Of a stretch of DNA of 64,000 bases, positions 27,099-39,776 are shown one piece after another. Positions within the stretch are counted from its first letter, which is position 1; every line of letters starts with the position of its first letter. The position numbers and the translations under genes are program-made. This DNA is from Euprymna scolopes (Eukaryota): assembly GCA_053919585.1 (NCBI GenBank), contig CM132796.1, one strand, 5' to 3'. Under the pieces are notes generated by a model, which made no database searches, was not told the origin of the DNA, and saw only the letters and a program-made list of their open reading frames with translations.

Positions 27099-27730
27099 GC
27101 AAAAGTATTTGGCATATTGTTTTTTTTCATATTTCTTAAAAAATATCAAGTTTATTTGAATGAAATTCACACTATATCTCTGAAGAGATATTATCTATCT
27201 AAAAATAAAAAGGAAAATAATATATATTTGTTGACAAATATTCGTTAACGAAAAATTAAATTATCCATGTGCAAAAGTATTTAATCCATTCATTAATACT
27301 TAGTTATATATCCTCTGTTTTGCCTTACAGCCGCCAAATGCTTTCCATAACTATATACTAGTCACAAGCAATTGCTGGTAGTTTCAGCCATTCTTCTTCG
27401 CAAGCTTTCTTCAATTTCTTGATATTCTTGGGGTCTCTTGCATGCACTCTGAACTTCAAAGTTTTTCATAGATTTTCGATGGGATTTAGGTCGGGTGACT
27501 GGCTAGGCCACTGTCTAACACTAATCCCATTATCCTTAATTCATTTCATTGTTATTTACCCTTGTGCTTTGGATCATTGTCTTGTTAGAAGATAAAAATC
27601 ACCGCCCAATCCTAAATTTGCTGCAGTCTTGAACAGATGCGTTGACAAGATTTTCGTGTAGTTTGCTGCATTCATTTTCCCTTCTATGATTTCCATTCCT
27701 CAAACTCTATTTGCAGAAAAGCAGCCCCAA
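27099..27730 (-). mobile_element. Tc1-family transposon remnant (transposase C-terminal half and one IR/DR-type end)
   Basis: Minus translation gives IIEGKMNAANYTKIL...WPSQSPDLNPIENL with stops and frameshifts. GCAAAAGTATTT direct repeat at 27099 and 27271. Confidence 0.8.
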
Positions 27731-27782
27731 ATCATCACACTAAAGAAAAAGAATAGAGAAAAAAAAAACAGGCGTGCTTTTG

Positions 27783-27784
<2 letters not shown>

Positions 27785-27846
<62 letters not shown>
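27785..27846. repeat. (CA)n microsatellite
   Basis: Direct reading. Confidence 0.95.
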
Positions 27847-27847
<1 letters not shown>

Positions 27848-28387
27848 TATAAGTTGCGAGCTCTCTATAAAAAAGGATGAAAAATGAAGAAGCTGTATTT
27901 CAACCTTTTTTTTGGGGGGGGGATCGGTCAAACATTACCACAATCTTTATCAACAGCTGGATATATAGACAATTTAATTTTGAAGTTATTAAATTAGGGC
28001 GTATTTCACCAGAACAGTAGATTGTGTTAGTGGGTGGGTGGAGGTTGACTTAAGTGAACATCGAATTTCCTTAAGCGTGTTTGTTGATAAGCTAATTTTT
28101 GTGCGTCGAAAAAGTTTGCGTAAATATATTCACTGATTGTTGCGTGTCAGAGAAAATTAAAGGGTTGGGAGAGGGGATTTAATAAGAAATGAAGAAATAG
28201 AGATAGGAAGACTAGTTAATAACGGATTGAATATATCTGGCCGTTAAGCGGGGACCATATCAAGATAGTCGATATGGCGAAAAGCAGAAAAAAGTGGAGA
28301 TTAGAAAAAAGAGATAAGGAGAGAGAAATAGAGGGGGAGAAAGAGAAAATGAAAAAGTAAAAACTGGAGGCACATCTGTATGATAAA

Positions 28388-28663
28388 GGTTGGTTGGTTG
28401 TTTTTGTTTTATGGCATATCAACCCTTTTTAGATTATTTAATGCCGAATCCAAATATTTCGAAGAAAATTTTTTTAATAGAATATATTTTTTGTTTTCAA
28501 GTCGGTTTCTATTCAACCCATAGTTGGGACCCTAACAGGTACTACCACTCCGGGTCAGTGTGGACCTGGGAGCAATGGCAATTAAAAGGTGGCTCCACAC
28601 TCCCCAAAGCTCGCAAGTTGGGGCCTAACCACTAGATATAATTTAAGGTCATATCCAGGACCA
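28388..28663. mobile_element. SINE-like dispersed repeat (second copy at 43890-44165)
   Basis: GGCATATCAACCCTTTTTAGATTATTTAATGCCGAATC...CCTAACAGGTACTACCACTCCGGGTCAG(T/A)GTGGACCTGGGAGCAATGGCAAT is shared by both copies over ~270 bp. No ORF. Confidence 0.75.
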
Positions 28664-29099
28664 TCTATGATAAAGTATAAATCTCTAAACATACATAGAC
28701 CCATTTACATATATACACATCGAGACATGTGTTATGTGTACGTTTACAATGTAGTGCATAGACAGAGGTATAGACATGTGTCGACATAAAATTTGTACAG
28801 AATTCACAGGATACAAATATATACTATATAAAATAGATTCGTAGGCTACATATACATAAATATGAAGGAGCCCCTGAAATAAAGATATATAGTAATTTAT
28901 AGTTATATAAGTGTGTATAGAGGGATAGATACATAGTATAAGTGATTAATGGATGGAGTGAAAAGGGGGAAGAATTATATGCTAAAAGAAAAATAAGTGT
29001 CATTTAACTATACAGAGCATAATGTTCTACAATACATAAAAATTGAGAGTATGTATGTGGCATGTTAGGTTATACATTATATATGTATTTAGGTAGTTC

Positions 29100-30260
29100 A
29101 TGAATCTTCAAATAAAATTTAGGGTACTAAAGTGGTGTTTCTTATAGTGGTTACAATTGATAGAGTTTTCATGTTTTTTATTTAGGAGCTTATCCCTCTC
29201 TCTAAATGTTGTAATATATAATTTCTCATTGAGGCAAAGGTAGCAAGGTGATTTTATAGACGAGCAGATGTTTGCTCTCTTAAGGATATTCCAATTTACA
29301 ATTGGTGATGATCTCTGTTCAATTAATTTATTAAAGTATTTAGATAGTGATGTTCTGTCTGTATAATTTGGATTTTCAAAGGAGCATTTGTTTCCTGTAT
29401 ATCTTTCATTGAATGTCTTACTTGCCATGCCAATATAATATCTTTTATCATCTAGGGTTTCTTTAGTAGATATGGTAGCTTTGTAAACAACTAAGGTTAT
29501 CAGGCAATTTCGTTTTAGTGGGCATTCAAACTTTCTCCTACAAATTCAGGATTTAGTTACTAAAGGTGTACTTCTATTTATACCATTTAATATTTTGTTA
29601 TTATTTGTTTTTAATTATTTTTTTCTATATTATCACTACAACTATAGCTTAATTTGAAAGTATTCTTATTAAATATTTTATGCGGAATGTTTTCGGGAGA
29701 GAAATACCTTGTCATAAGGTTTAAGAATTTATTTCACAAGTTAGTTTTAAATATAATATTATAGGGTGGCGTGAACTAGATTATCCTCCTTTTTCTATTT
29801 ATTTCACAAGTTAGATTTAAACATAATATTATAGGGTGACGTGAACTAGATTATCTTCCTTTTTCTATTTATTTTATGTGTACTATTGGAGGGTATTGGT
29901 TCAATATATTCTAGTTGTGTATTTTTATAGCCACTGTCCTTAACGGCTTTATTGTAGAAATTTTTGTGTGAGTTGAAGATGCTTTGGTTGGAATTCTTTT
30001 GCTCATTGACTCAGGTATGTGTTTGATAATTGATTTAGAGTGGTTAGAAAATAGGTTTACATAAATGGGATTAGTATTATCCTTTTTACATGGTTCATAA
30101 CACACCTTCCTTAAATCTGAGGTTACATCACAATAATTAATTATTTTAACATTAGAAACAAATACTTTAAGCTTGATTCTCCGAAGTTCATTGAGAATGA
30201 TTTTGTTCATTCTCTCGCATTTAGGACCGTTAGAGTCTTTTATAATCATAAGGCCGACGG
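29100..30260 (-). mobile_element. Penelope-like element remnant: RT thumb plus GIY-YIG endonuclease, disrupted
   Basis: ORF 29911-30249 (INYCDVT..NPIYVNLFSNH..IIKHIPESMSKR). Then CPL..CL..VVYKATI...YYIGMASKTFNERY...TSLSKY...CYLCLNEK...LLNKKHE...CNH (ORF 29108-29428). Internal 70-bp tandem duplication at 29731-29870. Confidence 0.88.
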
Positions 30261-33200
30261 GTGTTTACAATCTCAAAGGCCATTGATAAAACATAGGCAG
30301 ATACATATGTCATGTTAGAAAAGAAAAAAATGTCAACCACATCTGTCACGTTAGAAAAGGTTTGCCAAGGACATAATAAATACAATATAATAAATATAAG
30401 AAAGACATGATCAATTGTTTTGACCTTGAATAGCGGGTAATAAATAAGACAACACGGTGGTATATTTACAAGAGTGCGTATATACAGACATATGGAATAA
30501 TATGTTGCAGAAGACTTATCGGAGACTCCTACGAGGCTTTATAATAAGCACTTCTATACATAATTTTTAGAAAAATCTCTGTAGTTAGATCACTATCACA
30601 CTATAATCTTCCCACTTTTAGCATTGCTTCGTATAGCGTCTGTACTGTTTTCTTTTATCGTAGTTAAGTTCCTATCGTATGTCATTTTTGTGCTTTCTGT
30701 TGTTGTCTAGAATATGTTTACTCAAATGTGTTGAACACGACCTTTGAAGTATTAGTCTCGACACCATCGACGAAATTACTATGTTAAATCGTACCCATAG
30801 CAAACGAACAATTCTAAAATCGGTCCAATTAATACAGTTCCTATCATAAATATTATATACACGCATAATTACTTATTCAAATGTGGCCAACGTGAATTAG
30901 AAGACCCTTGCACTAAAGTCACGTAACTAGCTGACATCACAGAATAAAGTACAATGGCCACGGTTAGATGATTATCACAAGGATTAAAAAAAAAACAAGT
31001 GCATTTTAAAATTAATAATTCGATACACTCTGAATAATTAAATCTTTGCCACAGTATTTTCCCGCCAAATTACTCTTTTTTAATCGCACGTATTCAAATG
31101 TAAAATAATTCTGAATCTTTTGGAAAAGTAAATGCAGTTCTCTCGGCAAACAGAAAAAACTATTCTTGCAAAAGTCGTCTATCACCTAATTGAGACCATT
31201 GTAATTTATTCTGCAACGTCAGCAGTGTTGATAGAAGGCCCTTCTATTTACGTTGTCCATGCTTAAATAAGTAAATATTTGTGCTTACCTAAATATCTTC
31301 GTATAAATACTAAGCAAATGTAATTTCGATTCGAAAAAACTATCAATAGCGCCTCAAATAGCGTTTTGTGAAAATGCACTTTCATCTTAAACATTTTTGG
31401 CACCTATGCGATAATTTGTATTATTTTTCTGTTTTTATTGGAAACGAAGAAATGACCTCAAATGTTTTCTCTAATTGTCTTTCTTAAAATTTATCTTCTT
31501 TTCTATTTTCATTTTCTTCTGATATTCTTTTTTTTCTATTCATTTTTCTCTGAACTTTTGTCTAGTCGAAACTGTTGTTCTTGTTGATGCTTAATGATTT
31601 CCAACATGGTGTAACCTAGTCGGAGTGGGGGGTTGTTTTGTCGCAATCCTGCTTCACGGGCCTAATTGGTGTAATTAGTCCGTTCTCAGTCCCTAAAACG
31701 CATGAGCTAACTCTATGTCCCCGTGACTACACTTGTATCTTCGTCTAGTGATGGACCCTTCAAAATGTAACCAGACACTTATTATTGGAACTACCGTTCT
31801 GGTATTCAAGGCACACAAAACGCGCACAACCCTAAGTCTGTGTGACAGTAACTTTAACTGGCTGGTTGGTAGTCTGCTGTCGGACGCTGTGGTTTGAGTT
31901 CTTCTCGTATGTGCTCTGTTGAATCGCTGGTTTATTGCTTCCCTCAGCTACATTTCTGTGTCGGGTTCAGGGTAAATCTTAAATCAAATGCATTTCAATT
32001 CGATAGGCAATCAACAATTAGATCGTTTTCTTATAAACGAGAATAATGATTCATAAGATATTTTAGCGTGCCATTTGTGCAAAAGACAGTTAATTTCTTC
32101 GGGTTCTAAACGTTTCAAGATGCAGGATTTCCTTCAACTTAGATTTGTTCAGACAGCTTCTCGGTAGCATGATGTAAGAAAGAGCTTTTCCGTTTAGCTC
32201 TTTTGGGGGAGATATTCAGCTTTTGGGCTAAATCCCCCAAACCGGTGCATACTCTTCGACGGCAAGCATAATGGAACCCTAATTCAAACCACCATCTTTT
32301 TGAGATTAGCATTTCCCCCTCTATCGTTTGGGGATTACCCTTTCTCTTCTATTCTCTTTCTTTTTACTTTTCTTTCTTCTGAATCTCTTTTCCTTCTGTC
32401 TCTCTATTAATCGATATTTCTCTTTAATTCGCCTTCCTTTCTCTCTATCTCCGTGAGGCTTTTCTATCTCTTTCTTTCTCAACTATCTACCTCCCTGGGC
32501 GATTTCTTGCTTGATACAAGTCACATTGATTATCATTAAGCTAGACCCACGTGAATCGAAATGCCCACTTTACCTCGTTGAGAAATTACTTTTTTTTCTA
32601 CAATATTACAATAAAAACACATTCTGTCATTCCTAAAAAATCTGGGATCTCTTAAACCTCGTGGCAAACACCCCACCTAACACACTTAACCCTTAATGCA
32701 TAAGCAAGGAAATTTAGTGCTGCCCAGCGCATAAAACAGCGTTACAATATCACTCTTAAAATCCTCCATCTTTTCTCCCTAAAGTATGGTACCGACCTTT
32801 TCCTCTATTTTCATTGATTTTTTTACTGGGATGTTGATCAATTCTTAACTTCTTAACGAGAGAAAACAATAAGTAAGCTTGTCCAAATATATTCTTGAGT
32901 AAACGATAAAAATGAAGAAAAATTAACAGGCCTTTTATATTCCAATTTGAAATCTTTTTTGTCACTCAAGAACCCGAAAGCCTTTTTTCGATGCATTTTT
33001 CTTAGGTTGGAGAATTTCATTCCACCAATTTCGCGTACCTCGAGTTTTAAAAATATAGTATGGCTTTTAATTTCTCGCGGTTACTATTAACAAGTTTTTC
33101 GAGCACAATATCTTGATCATTTTTTTTTTCGAAAATCAAACAAATTTTAATTGTAATAATAGTTATGTTGCATCCGATATAAATCCAAGTTCTCGTTGCC

Positions 33201-33413
33201 AGTATTGATACAACACACATCCGGGTTATTTTTGTGTCTGATGAGTCTAAGTTCTCATAAACTGTGGTGATCTTGAAGAGCCAATTATAAATAAGACAAC
33301 ACGGTGGTATATCTACAAGAGTGCTTTTTTTTTTACAGAAGTACACAATATAGAAAGACTGCTCCAATACTACTCCGAGATTGTCTCATAAACCTCTCTG
33401 TACATATTGTCTA

Positions 33414-33858
33414 CACTCATGAACAAAAAAAATGGGCCAGGAAAGAAATTTACAATTTATTGCACAAAAAGCTGCATTACACAAAATGCAATTAAATAAT
33501 AAACGAAAATGAGTAAAAAATATAAAGAACAAGATATTTACTTTAATAAAAACTTAGTATGGAATGGAATTGCCCTTAGATATTTTTAAAAGATCAATTC
33601 TTTTTATCATGCTCTCAACCAACTTGGAGCACTGTGAAGAGGAGATGTTATTCCATTCTCTTTGTACTGCTTCCCATAATTTTTCTTTGTTGGAAAAAGT
33701 TTTTCTAACTAATGCACGAGATATTATAGCCCAAATATTTTCCATTAGGTTTAAATCTGGGCTTTGGCCAGGCCAAAACATCACATCAATTGAATTATCA
33801 GTAAGCCATTTTTTTTGTTCCAATTTTAATCATGGCCCATTTTTTTTGTTCACGAGTG
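33414..33858 (-). mobile_element. Internally deleted Tc1 element (445 bp) with both TIRs and TA TSD
   Basis: TA|CACTCATGAACAAAAAAAATGGGCCA ... TGGCCCATTTTTTTTGTTCACGAGTG|TA. ORF 33554-33823 WPGQSPDLNLMENIW. Confidence 0.92.
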
Positions 33859-35396
33859 TACAGGATCCCATATATTCAATAAATAGGATAGATCACCCAA
33901 ACACTACAACACTAATGATTATATGAAAAGAAATCAATTTAATTTTTTAGTCTTGAAATACACACTTTGAAAAACTCCCAAAATGATGAATGATCAAATT
34001 TTGGAAAACATGGATGAAAGCTTAGAATTTTTTTAGGAACTCTAGAGTTCAGGATCCTCTATTGTTCATGATAACAAAAAGGAAGACTACGCTGCAAGGA
34101 TATTCAATGTCTGCTGTTTGAAAATGTTCAGAAGTTTTGTTACCCTCGTGATAATATCAAATCATAGGGACAAGTAGTTGCTAGGTGAGAAATTATGCAA
34201 TTTCTAATGAGCAGAGCGTTATCACCGTCGTCCAAGGGAAACGTCAGTCAGGCATGCGTATGCAGAGTGATAATGTAGGTAGCCAAATCTGGCCAATGAG
34301 GGTCGAAGACATGCGTTGCATGGAGAGAAATAAGTACATATAGTACATTACCGCCCCAAAGTAATGCTTGGGAGAATGGTCTAATAACAAGAGAACTGAT
34401 GTTACACTACCCTCGGATTTAATTCCATTTTCACCCCAAATCAGACATAGCGCAACTTTGATATAGAGGGCTACTATCGGGGACATATGTTGCAGGGATA
34501 CTATAAAATATTCACATTACACTTGAACTTATGCATGTAAGTACGGTTGGGAAAGCAGGAAGTTACCACAGTCGATTATCAAGCTTGTGTATATATAGTG
34601 TGATGATGTATGGAAGTGAAACCTAGCCAGTAAGGGTTGAGGACATGCGTTGCATGGAGAGAAATAGTATAAAAATGATACAGTCGCTGTGCAATGGGAG
34701 TCTTAAAGAAAGGCTTAGACCTAGTGATTGCAGAGGAATATTAAATTTGACCAATATAGGAAGAATAGCAAAGAGACTCGACGTTGCCTGGGATTGAATG
34801 ATGATAAACAAATATTTCACACTCTCGTATTTTTATTTTCATCAAAATCCGTGAAATCGCTCTGGAGGAAGCTTCACATGCCTCCATGCAGTAACTTAGT
34901 CCAAAATATATGTTATTTTACATTGCACTCTACAGTTTCTTTTATAAAATTATTTTATATAAACTTCTTTTCAGTTAACGAAAAAAAAATTAAGAAATTT
35001 ACGTGCGGAGTTTGAACCTACAGACAACGCCATGAAAAAAACAACAACAAAACAACAACAACAAAAAAACGTAAATTTTCAAGTCTTATAAAATTCTTTC
35101 CAGTTAATGAAAAAAAAAAAGAAATTTATGTGCAGAGTTTGAACCTACAGCAAAAAACACACGCTATCAACTTACCCATAGTAGAATTTTCACAGTCTGT
35201 TGTTCTATCATTGTTGCTAACGACGACATGGTAAAATGACTTTACCAATGATAGATAAATTAAAATAACAATTTCGATTATCGGTAATTATCGGGGGTAT
35301 TTTGAGACAAAACTTAACTAGTATCACTCCCAGACTTATACACTAAAGTTCTGTAAAGTTTCCAGAAAATTTGTTTAGCCGTTTCGGTGTCTATAA

Positions 35397-36976
35397 TAAA
35401 GGAAATAATTACTTACCTCTGGGGAACTCCGGCAACAGAAAGTTGCTTGCTTCCTTGTGTTAGCTTTTATGAGGGCTTGGGCGTATAATATCACGTGCAC
35501 GTGATTTTTCCTTTCGTGTGCAAAGCATTGTTCTATTTAAGGCGACTTGTGATAGAGACAATCACCTGTTTTTTTTGTGAGTAACGATCATCTAATACGA
35601 ATCATCAACTAAGTGACCTTGTGGTCGCAACAGACGAATCTGTTGCAACGTCGTCAACAATCTTTCAGGGAAAATTCCTTCAGAGATCTGTGCTGAACTA
35701 ATTAGAATGTCACGATCCCATTATCTTTGCTTGGGATACATACTGCACTATACTTCAGGTGTGATCAGGGCCCTCCTTAGAGTTGGGCGCGCTCCTTCTA
35801 GTAAAATTGACACTACCGCCCGGTTCCGCCCAAGGGCGAGTTCCTCTTGGAATAGGAATACACAGGGAGGAACCACGGAGGGGTTTCATGCGGATCTTGG
35901 TATGGAGAGTCCCCAATTCTGCAATTTTTGTGCCCACAATGGACATTCTGGCATGGACTGTAGAGTGTTTTCTTCTTATGGTGAACGACTCCGGCGTTGT
36001 AGGAGGCTGGGATTATGCGAGCGATGTTCTGAAACCAGTTACCTTAGCAGTGAATGCCCTGTCGATGAGGATTTGAAGGCTCGATGCAGGATGTGTCACT
36101 TTCAAGGCCATCTGTCAGTATTGTGTCCAGAATTGAAACTAGAAGAGACAGGAGTTAGTACCAACGTAAGCTCTGACGCTGAAATAACCCATAACATTCT
36201 ACCCATGATCAAGGTTACTATCAGAAGAGGGGAATATTCAGTGTCGATGACCTGTCTCTTGGATTCCGGCAGCCAGAGGTCTTACTTCTCGAGTGAAGTC
36301 CTGGATCGTTTGCATTGTGACCCGGATACATTGGAGGACGCCACCTGGACATAGTTTCCTTTGTCGGTAGGAAGCATCGTAGATGTAAACAAGTGACTGC
36401 TGTAGTGGACTTATTTGTTGGAGCAGCCCCCCAAGTGCCTATTCCTATTGACAACCAACTAGACCTTACATATAAGGTCCCTGACTTACCGCTGGTTTGG
36501 AAAAATCTTCGAGATTTAGGGATGGAGCCAACGACAGAAATTACAAATGGCAGTGTTCGGCTCTGGGGCTTGATGGGAGTAGACCTCTTAAAATATTTGT
36601 ACCCTATTAAGGTAGTACGTTGCATGAATGGAACCGCTTGGGAGACCCCAGCTGGTATAATACCATTCGGGAACGTCCAACATTTTCTTTACGAGGACCA
36701 AAGAATTGCGTACACTGAGAGCCTGGATTATAACCTAATGGTCGATCAGTTTCCTTGCGATGACAGTCTCGTTAATAATGCTATGAATTATGTCGATCCT
36801 TTCGCAGACGTGTTCTATTTAAGGTGACTTGTGACAAAGACAAGCACCTGTTTTTTTTGTGAGTAACGATAATCTAATACGAATCATCAACTAAGTGACC
36901 TTGTGGTCGCAACAGACGAATCTGTTGCAACGTCGTCAACAATCTTTCAGGGACCGTATCCTGGGAATTCGCCTCA
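35397..36976 (+). mobile_element. Deleted BEL/Pao LTR retrotransposon: LTR - gag C-terminus/protease - truncated LTR
   Basis: 143-bp direct repeat 35529-35671 / 36811-36953. Possible termini TAAAGGAA...GCCTCA with ATAA on both flanks. The internal sequence encodes BEL/Pao motifs. Confidence 0.75.
35707..36810 (+). pseudogene. BEL/Pao gag zinc knuckles and aspartic protease (frameshifted near 36350)
   Basis: Three knuckles (CNFC..GHSGMDC, CERC.., CRMC..GHLSVLC), catalytic LLDSGSQRSY, GLMGVDLL and ETPAGIIPFG, typical of BEL/Pao gag-PR. Confidence 0.85.
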
Positions 36977-37172
36977 ATAACGAATTAAATCACGTACAGA
37001 GACAAAGTTGCATTTATATAATTGTAAAGAAGAGATATGTGCAGAACAGAAGATTTTGTTAGTATGGTCACATTGAAAGAATGAAAACATTCATGTAATA
37101 GTAAACGTAGAACAGTTGAGGTTGTAGAATCAATTAACAAAGGAAGGCCAAAGAAAACGTGAGAGGAAATTA

Positions 37173-37598
37173 GGTAACGCAGTCGTCACATGTCAATACT
37201 CGAGACCCAACACGTTGTATACAGACAGTCGCAAGGAAACAAAGACAAGGAAAGAATTCGAATAACTTTTTTTCAATTGAAAACAACTGACTTACAGGTA
37301 CTTCTTGTCTCTTGTTCAAAATTCTTCTCATATTTTAGTGTGCTTAACAAGACTCTGCTGTATCGAACACGTGTTACTCTGTCTTTGTTCAGCTATGTTT
37401 AGGAAACGTCTTTCCCTGTCACTCTCGGCCCACATATGTAGCACGTCTATTTCTGTCTCTCTCGTGTCTCGAACACATCTCAAATACTTGCTTCTCTGAA
37501 CACGTGTCTCTTTTTTTTTTCTGCACATCATACAGTCAGCTTCATCATCTGCCTATGGCTGCTGCTTACTCAACGTCAGCTGCTCTGTTATAATCACA
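37173..37598 (-). mobile_element. Possible solo LTR inserted in the RTE remnant
   Basis: Minus strand begins TGTGAT and ends GTTACC. RTE-like coding appears to resume after 37598. No TSD found. Confidence 0.3.
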
Positions 37599-37802
37599 AG
37601 GATGACCTTTAAGGAAAGCGGGATAAATAAAGACCTGGAAAGAGATAGGTTAATTTGAAAGTTAGTTTCTAAAAGCCGTCGAACACATGTCAATATCTAG
37701 AACAACAAATGTTAGATAGGAAATAATGATGATGATAATTCCCTGTAATCAATGAATCTGATGCACATCCCAGCTACAACAAAGAAAATGTTGAAATGAC
37801 CA

Positions 37803-38640
37803 AATAAAATTTAAAATTATAAATGTTTTTATAATTTTAAATAGAATTTCAAATTATAAATGTTTTCATAATTTAAAAGGAATTTAAAACTATAAATGTT
37901 TTTATAATTTAAATAAGATTTAAAATCATAAATGTTTTTATAATTTAATTGTGACCCGGATACATTGGAGGACGCCACCTGGACATAGTTTCCTTTGTCG
38001 GTAGGAAGCATCGTAGATGTAAACAAGTGACTGCTGTAGTGGACTTATTTGTTGGAGCAGCCCCCCAAGTGCCTATTCCTATTGACAACCAACTAGACCT
38101 TACATATAAGGTCCCTGACTTACCGCTGGTTTGGAAAAATCTTCGAGATTTAGGGATGGAGCCAACGACAGAAATTACAAATGGCAGTGTTCGGCTCTGG
38201 GGCTTGATGGGAGTAGACCTCTTAAAATATTTGTACCCTATTAAGGTAGTACGTTGCATGAATGGAACCGCTTGGGAGACCCCAGCTGGTATAATACCAT
38301 TCGGGAACGTCCAACATTTTCTTTACGAGGACCAAAGAATTGCGTACACTGAGAGCCTGGATTATAACCTAATGGTCGATCGTGTTTTTATAATTTTAAT
38401 AAAATATAAAATTATGAATGCTTTTTTAATAAAATTTTTCATAAAATTAAAAATTATCAATGTTTTTATAATTTTAATAAAATTAAAAATTATAAATGTT
38501 TTCATAATTTAAATAAAATTTTAAATTATAAATGTTTTTATAATTTAAATAAAATTTTAAATTATAAATGTTTTTATAATTTAAATAAAATGTTAAATAA
38601 TAAATGTTTCATAATTTTAATAAAATTCAAAATTATAATT
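37803..38640. repeat. AT-rich 36-37-bp minisatellite interrupted at 37948-38381 by a copy of BEL/Pao sequence
   Basis: Unit ATAAAATTTTAAATTATAAATGTTTTTATAATTTAA (period 36 at 38525/38561). The insert matches 36314-36747. Confidence 0.9.
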
Positions 38641-38799
38641 TTTGTATACTTTTCCCACGTGTTGATCATTTCTCATTTGGCCATGGCTGTAAATTAAGTT
38701 GAACACATTTTGTATTTAACAGCTTAACACAATGTTTCTCTTTTCTGAAATTTTCAGATTAAGATTAATTATTCCTATAAGTTGGATTCTTCGGAAACA

Positions 38800-38892
38800 C
38801 ATCTGGCGTAGTGGATAACGTATTTGGTAAAGTTTAGTTGTAAATTTACACTCTTCTGAGGTTGAAGGTTCAATCCTCAGTGTAGGCGACAC
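38800..38892 (+). mobile_element. tRNA-derived SINE head (degenerate); similar heads at ~14695-14765 and ~58085-58150
   Basis: A-box-like TGGCGTAGTGG and B-box-like GGTTCAATCC. No complete cloverleaf. Confidence 0.45.
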
Positions 38893-39567
38893 TAAACATA
38901 CAATTGCGAATTACTTGGGATTTGCTTGATAGAATAAGAGTACACTAACCCCGTGGATTAAATAATAAAAAAAACTCCGTTCAAAATTCCGTGCAGATTC
39001 CTGAGTTTGATAAATAACTTTTCACATTCGACAAGATACACATAAAGAAGGTCGGAGTTTACATCAACGGAAACGTTGTGAAAATAACACTCAAAATGAG
39101 AATAGTGGTCTAAAGAATACAAATAATATGAACAATGTTTCTTGTGGATTATTTAATATTAAAACACCGCAGCTTTTGTAAATTATTCATACTAAATAAT
39201 GAACCACTGTTGTCGATGTCATGATACATGTCGTCAATGATAACGCCCTCCCCCAGCATTGGTTGTGATGTCATAGCGACAGACACAAAAGTTTTGAAAT
39301 AGATAAAACCAATTATTTTCATTTATAAGCAGTGAAAGAGTACTAATTTCTACTTGTATGATTTCATAATTTCCACTATCAAATTTTTATTCCTTTGTTT
39401 TGTCGGCTGAATCTATTTGTGTGTGTGTGTGGGGGGGTTCGTGTGTGTGTGTTTAAAAGTTTTTCTTTTCGTATCTACACATCATTTTGTTCGTCTCTGC
39501 GATATTTATTTAGGAAATAAAAAAAGAAAACTATCTGGAAAAAGAAGACGACTGTGAAGTAAAATAT

Positions 39568-39776
39568 AGAGAAGAAGAAGAAGAAGAAGAAGAAGAACAA
39601 CAACAACAACAACAACAAGAAGAAAAAGAACAACAAGAAGAAGAGGAACAAGAACAAGAAGACGGCTACAACGAAGAAGAATACGACTACGGCGTAGAAA
39701 ATGACGAGAAGAAGAAGAAGAAGAAGAAGAAGAAGAAGAAGAAAAAAAAAACGACGAAGAAGAAGAAGACAAAGAA
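39568..39776. repeat. Compound (GAA)n/(CAA)n microsatellite
   Basis: Direct reading; explains the low-complexity ORFs at 39475-39807. Confidence 0.95.

Larger units (their letters stand above)
34765..37035 (-). mobile_element. Non-autonomous Helitron (family A) carrying a nested BEL/Pao-derived insert
   Basis: 3' end ATAGCA...CGACGTTGCCTGGGATTGAATGATGAT matches 12587ff. 5' end ACAAAGTTGCATTTATATAATTGTA...GA matches 17330-17363. A|T target with no TSD. Confidence 0.75.
34560..37175 (+). mobile_element. RTE-clade LINE remnant split by a Helitron (RTE parts ~34560-34764 and 37036-37175)
   Basis: SVMMYGSET*PVRVEDMRCMERN..KMIQSLC...NIGR | YVQNRRFC*YGHIERM...KGRPKKT. Removing 34765-37035 rejoins AGA|TAT in frame. 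Confidence 0.75.

Noticed and set aside
26736-27170. ORFs spanning the N run
   Set aside because: Artefacts of the assembly gap.
33180-33275. Possible hammerhead at CTGATGAG (~33238)
   Set aside because: The GAAA core is absent (ATAAAC) and I found no convincing stem I; too degenerate to call.
38800-38892. tRNA gene (also ~14695, ~45940, ~58085)
   Set aside because: Only A/B-box-like motifs; no acceptor stem or anticodon arm could be folded.
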